Assembly (NCBI GenBank): GCA_964016885.1
Contig: OZ024746.1
Span: 15,500,001-15,564,000, forward strand
Direction of reading: 5' to 3'
DNA: 64,000 nucleotides
DNA from: Eledone cirrhosa
Taxonomy: Eukaryota
Under the pieces are notes generated by a model, which saw nothing but the letters and a program-made list of their open reading frames with translations, was not told the origin of the DNA and made no database searches. Every line of letters starts with the position of its first letter. Within the stretch, counting starts at the first letter, position 1. Made by a program: the position numbers and the translations under genes. Below, piece after piece: positions 59,691-64,000 of the stretch.

Positions 59691-60910
59691 AAAAAGGAAA
59701 AAATAGCGCTACAAACATTTCCTTAAGTGGGAAATTGTCAGAGTCGTTAGAAGGTGACAGTGTTCCGGCGCTCTGCTCTCTGAGTTCAAATCCGATTCTT
59801 TCTCTATTCTTTCTCTAAATCTCTTGCTCTCCTTTTCTCGAAGAACTCGGCTGTGTTCAGACCTGGGGAAGAGATGGCTCCGCTAGGTTTAAAATACCCA
59901 CGACACGCCGTATGTCAGTATTGGGCTCCCACGACTCCCCATATACATACATACACACATATATATATATACACACACACATAGATACACACATACACAT
60001 ATATACATACATACATGTATTTCTTATAAAATCCCTGATCAATTACCATTTTAGAGATACTTTTCCTCTTTAATGATGACCTTGAAAAACATCGGAACCA
60101 CAATGTCACAAATCTCTTTTGTTACTTTAAAAAAAATGCTCTTTTTAGCTAATTGGGAACTTATAGTTCATGGAGGAGAGCCAATATTGGTCAATTGTGA
60201 CCTTAAAAGAACCTAGGGAAAGCGGTTCCAACCGGAATAGCTATACAGAAGTATGATATACGGAGCTAAATTGATTGTTCTTTGGCTTGTTTGTTTTTGA
60301 AGTGGTAGTGTTTAACGAACGGAAAAGAAAAAGAGGGGAATATATTTTTTGACGTCATCTAAGAAATTATCATTATTATTTTGTTGTTTTTATTATTTTA
60401 TTTTCTCATCAACGGTAGACAAAAGAAAAGTATGTACGAAGAATTAAGCAAAAGAAGAAAAAGAAAGAAAAAAAAAGAATTTATAGAAATCCGATCCCAA
60501 ACAACCATTCTTTTGTTTGTTTGTTTATTTGTGTTGTTTATTTATGTTTTCTGCTGACATGTCTTGAAATTTGCATTCTTTGATGTTTCAAAAAGCTGCA
60601 ACGAAAAATTCAGCTAAAGGTCCCAGCATTGTTTTAGTTTGCAGTAAAGTGCAGATGAAGCTGTCTATGATGGGACGACTAAAGCAAAATAACATGAGAA
60701 AAACAGAAAAAGAAAGAAAGAAAAGTAGTAAAATACCATCGTTGCCCCAGATGAAATGGCATCTTGATCTGTTTTAGAGAATTTTCTCTGAGTTACCACC
60801 GAAAAATATCTAAATATGTCAGCCAGTCACTTCACATCTGCTTTCTTCATGAAGCTTGCAACGATTTCTTTTCTTTTTCTTCTTCTTCTTTTCTCCTGCA
60901 TGCATGCTGA

Positions 60911-60949
<39 letters not shown>

Positions 60950-62491
60950 ATACAACCATAACGACAACAACAACACCAACAACAATAACTACAAGTATAA
61001 GTACTGAAGCAACTATTATAACTATAACAACAACGACAGCGACGATGGCGATGACGACAAAAGACAAATTATCGTACAACCTACTCTCTGTCATCGTAGT
61101 AGTATTAGTAGTTGTGCTAGTAGTGGTAGTAATGGTAGTAGTGGTGGTGGTAGTAGTAGCAGTAATAATAGTAGTAGTGGTGTAGTAGTAGTGGTAGTGG
61201 TAGCAGCAGTATTATTGTTATTATTTGTAATAGTAGTAGTAGTGGTGGTGGTGATGGTGGTAGTAATATTGGATGTCGTCTGTTCCCTTTCAGAATCAGC
61301 CGACATTTGAGGAGAGTAGAAAAGAAGAAGATAAGTGGATTGCCTTTCGAACTATCTTCTCTTCTTACCTCACACCTCACCCTAACGACTGTCTCGTCTT
61401 ACCCGCCAGCCTAGCCTAGCCACAAGATATGTCGTGAAAACGTGACAGTCAGCGCCTGGTGTCGTCCATTCTAGAGCCTGTCGTCTGCATAGACACACAC
61501 AACCATACACATACATGCACAAGTACAGAGATCACACCTATACTCTCACACATACACACACACATGATCACACCTATACATACTCATATATAAACATTCT
61601 CACACATACACATACATGATCACACTTATACATACTCATATATAAACATTCTCACACATACATACATATATACATACAGATATCACACCTACACATACAT
61701 ATATGTAAACACGCTCTCTTTCACACAAACACACACACACAGATCACACCTATACATATACATATATAAACATTCTCACATACACACGTGCGCATAAATA
61801 CCGACAAACATTTGTATCTATTCTCACACACACACTTAGAATGGCAAATACACACACACACACATTAACTGACAGCAGATGTGTTCGCATGTATGGGACG
61901 ACTAAGGATCATTTTCCCACCCCACCTCACTCTCTACCTAGCATTCCTCTTCTTCTTCTTCTTCTGCTCCTTCTTCTTCTGCTCCTTCTTCTTCTTCTTC
62001 TTCTTCTTCTTCTTCTTCTTCTTCTTCTCCCACCTCCTCATTCCCTTGTCCCGTCTCACTTCGCCGTCATAGCCTTCTTCTGTAAGACAAACCGTTGCAT
62101 GTCTTATGTTTCATCACAATTACACCCTCACCTCCCACCCGCAGTCCCTCCTCCACTCCACAATTACACTCTCACCTACCCCCGCACCCGCACTCAACAA
62201 TCATACCCTCACCCCTCCACTCAACAATTACACCCTTTACTCCCACCCCTCCACTCTACAATTATATCCTCTACTCAACAATTTTTCTGAGTAAACCACA
62301 AATTAATAAAAGCAACAGATAAAAGAAATGAAAAGACACAAAGCACTTCACCTTCGTCTTTTCATCACACATCCACCTAAATATACCATATATATATATA
62401 TTATATATATATAGAGTGATATATATATATATATATGCGTGTGTGTGTGTCTCGAGAGGGATGTGTGTGTATATATATAGGTGTGTATGTG

Positions 62492-62541
<50 letters not shown>

Positions 62542-62839
62542 AGAGGGTGCATTTTGTGATACAAAAACAGAAAAGTGCGCAATATTGAAAGTGTGTAGAG
62601 TCTTATATATGTTAATTTATGTGAGATGGTGATGGATTATTCACCCGAACTGCGGGTAAATAATCCATGTTTATCTCACATAAATTAACATATATAATCC
62701 ACAAAAACTTACCGTAAACGTATCTGTTAGCATGGTAGAAAAGGGAAGAAAAAGAATGGCTTCTATACGATATAAGCAGTGTAAGGATGTCTGTCCTACA
62801 CCAGAAAATTCTTCATCGAACTGTCAAGTAGCCTTTAAA

Positions 62840-63540
62840 AATGTCCCCGTCTTCAACGATCCAAAGGTTTCTCTGTGTTTCTTTCAACGATGTCCCCTTC
62901 TACAATGATCCAAAGTTTACCTTCTACAATCATCCTAATTTCCTTTCAAAGATTTCCCCTTTCTGCAATGATTCCCTGTTTCCCTCAGTTCTCTTCAAGG
63001 ATTTCCCTTCCCTTCTACAATGATCCAAAATTCCCACAAGTTCCCTTAAAAGATTTCCTCGTCTATGCTGATCCAAAGTTTTCCCTAAGTTTACCTCAAA
63101 GATTTCCTCGTCTATGCTGATCCAAAGTTTTCCCTAAGTTTACCTCAAAGATTTCCTCGTCTATGCTGATCCAAAGTTTTCCCTAAGTTTACCTCAAAGA
63201 TTTCCTCGTCTATGCTGATCCAAAGTTTTCCCTAAGTTTACCTCAAAGATTTCCTCGTCTATGCTGATCCAAAGTTTTCCCTAAGTTTACCTCAAAGATT
63301 TCCTCGTCTATGCTGATCCAAAGTTTTCCCTAAGTTTACCTCAAAGATTTCCTCGTCTATGCTGATCCAAAGTTTTCCTTAAGTTTACCTCAAATATTTC
63401 CCCTTCTACAATGATTCCAAGTTTCCCCGTGTTCACCTTATAATGATCCCTAGTTTTCCCTTAAAATATTTCCCCTTATGCAAATATCCCAACATTCTTC
63501 ATACTCCCCCACAAAGACCCAATCATCCCAAGTTTCCCTG
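62840..63540. repeat. 49-bp minisatellite: ~7 near-identical central copies with diverged flanks
   Basis: aaagatttcctcgtctatgctgatccaaagttttccctaagtttacctc repeated over 63049-63400. Confidence 0.93.
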
Positions 63541-63811
63541 TGCTGCCCCATCATACTTGATTCTGAGTGACGGTTGTAGTCGGATAATTAAACTCGTTTA
63601 ATTCTCGTGTTTAATGATGAGTTCAGAAATGTGACAAAATTTTAAAAAAACATTTACACTAAAATTCCTGAAGAAAATCAGTAATAAATAGTTAAATATT
63701 TAAGTATATCGATTATTTTGAATTCAATCATTTGACATAATCTCTGCAATATTGTTCTTCAAGCAGATACAAATAAATATGTGTTATGTTTATTATTTGA
63801 ACAAATAATAA

Positions 63812-63938
63812 ATCTTGCCGAGGTAAACGTTGCCTTTCGTCGTTCCGGGGTCGATAAAGTACCAGTTACATACTAGGTTCAATATAATCGACTTTTCCCC
63901 ACCCCACAAATTGCAGGTCTTGAGCATAGACTAGAAAT
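63812..63938 (+). mobile_element. Meta-type SINE 3' part (diverged)
   Basis: gccgaggtaaacgttgcctttc...ggggtcgataaagtaccag. Confidence 0.7.
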
Positions 63939-64000
63939 CCTTAATCTAATTTGTAACAACAACCAGGCATATCATAACTTATGTTTTTACCATGTTTTCA

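Overview
AT-rich, microsatellite-saturated eukaryotic DNA, intergenic or intronic. The two tRNA-derived SINE families (CORE-type and Meta-type) resemble octopod cephalopod SINEs; this taxon call is an inference. No intact host gene is evident, and nearly all ORF-track entries are (TA)n, (CA)n or (GA)n artefacts. Real coding remnants are a 5'-truncated Tx1/L1-clade RT with its zinc knuckle (10853-13450, minus), a Penelope-like (PLE) GIY-YIG 3' end with a 12-bp TSD (42018-43275, minus), a decayed CRE-type REL endonuclease, and decayed CR1/L2-type LINE pieces. Non-autonomous Helitrons, MITEs and minisatellites are also present. The main hidden signal is about 15 complete or near-complete type I hammerhead ribozyme (HHR) motifs, found by eye, from roughly a dozen unrelated short non-coding elements. 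Almost all sit in (TA)n or (CA)n tracts and are arranged as fold-back palindromes or terminally redundant tandem units (470, 269 and 539 bp), as expected for PLE pLTRs or retrozyme circRNA copies. One element with the same architecture carries a tRNA-like module instead of a ribozyme. Folds and alignments were done manually, and boundaries may be off by a few bases.
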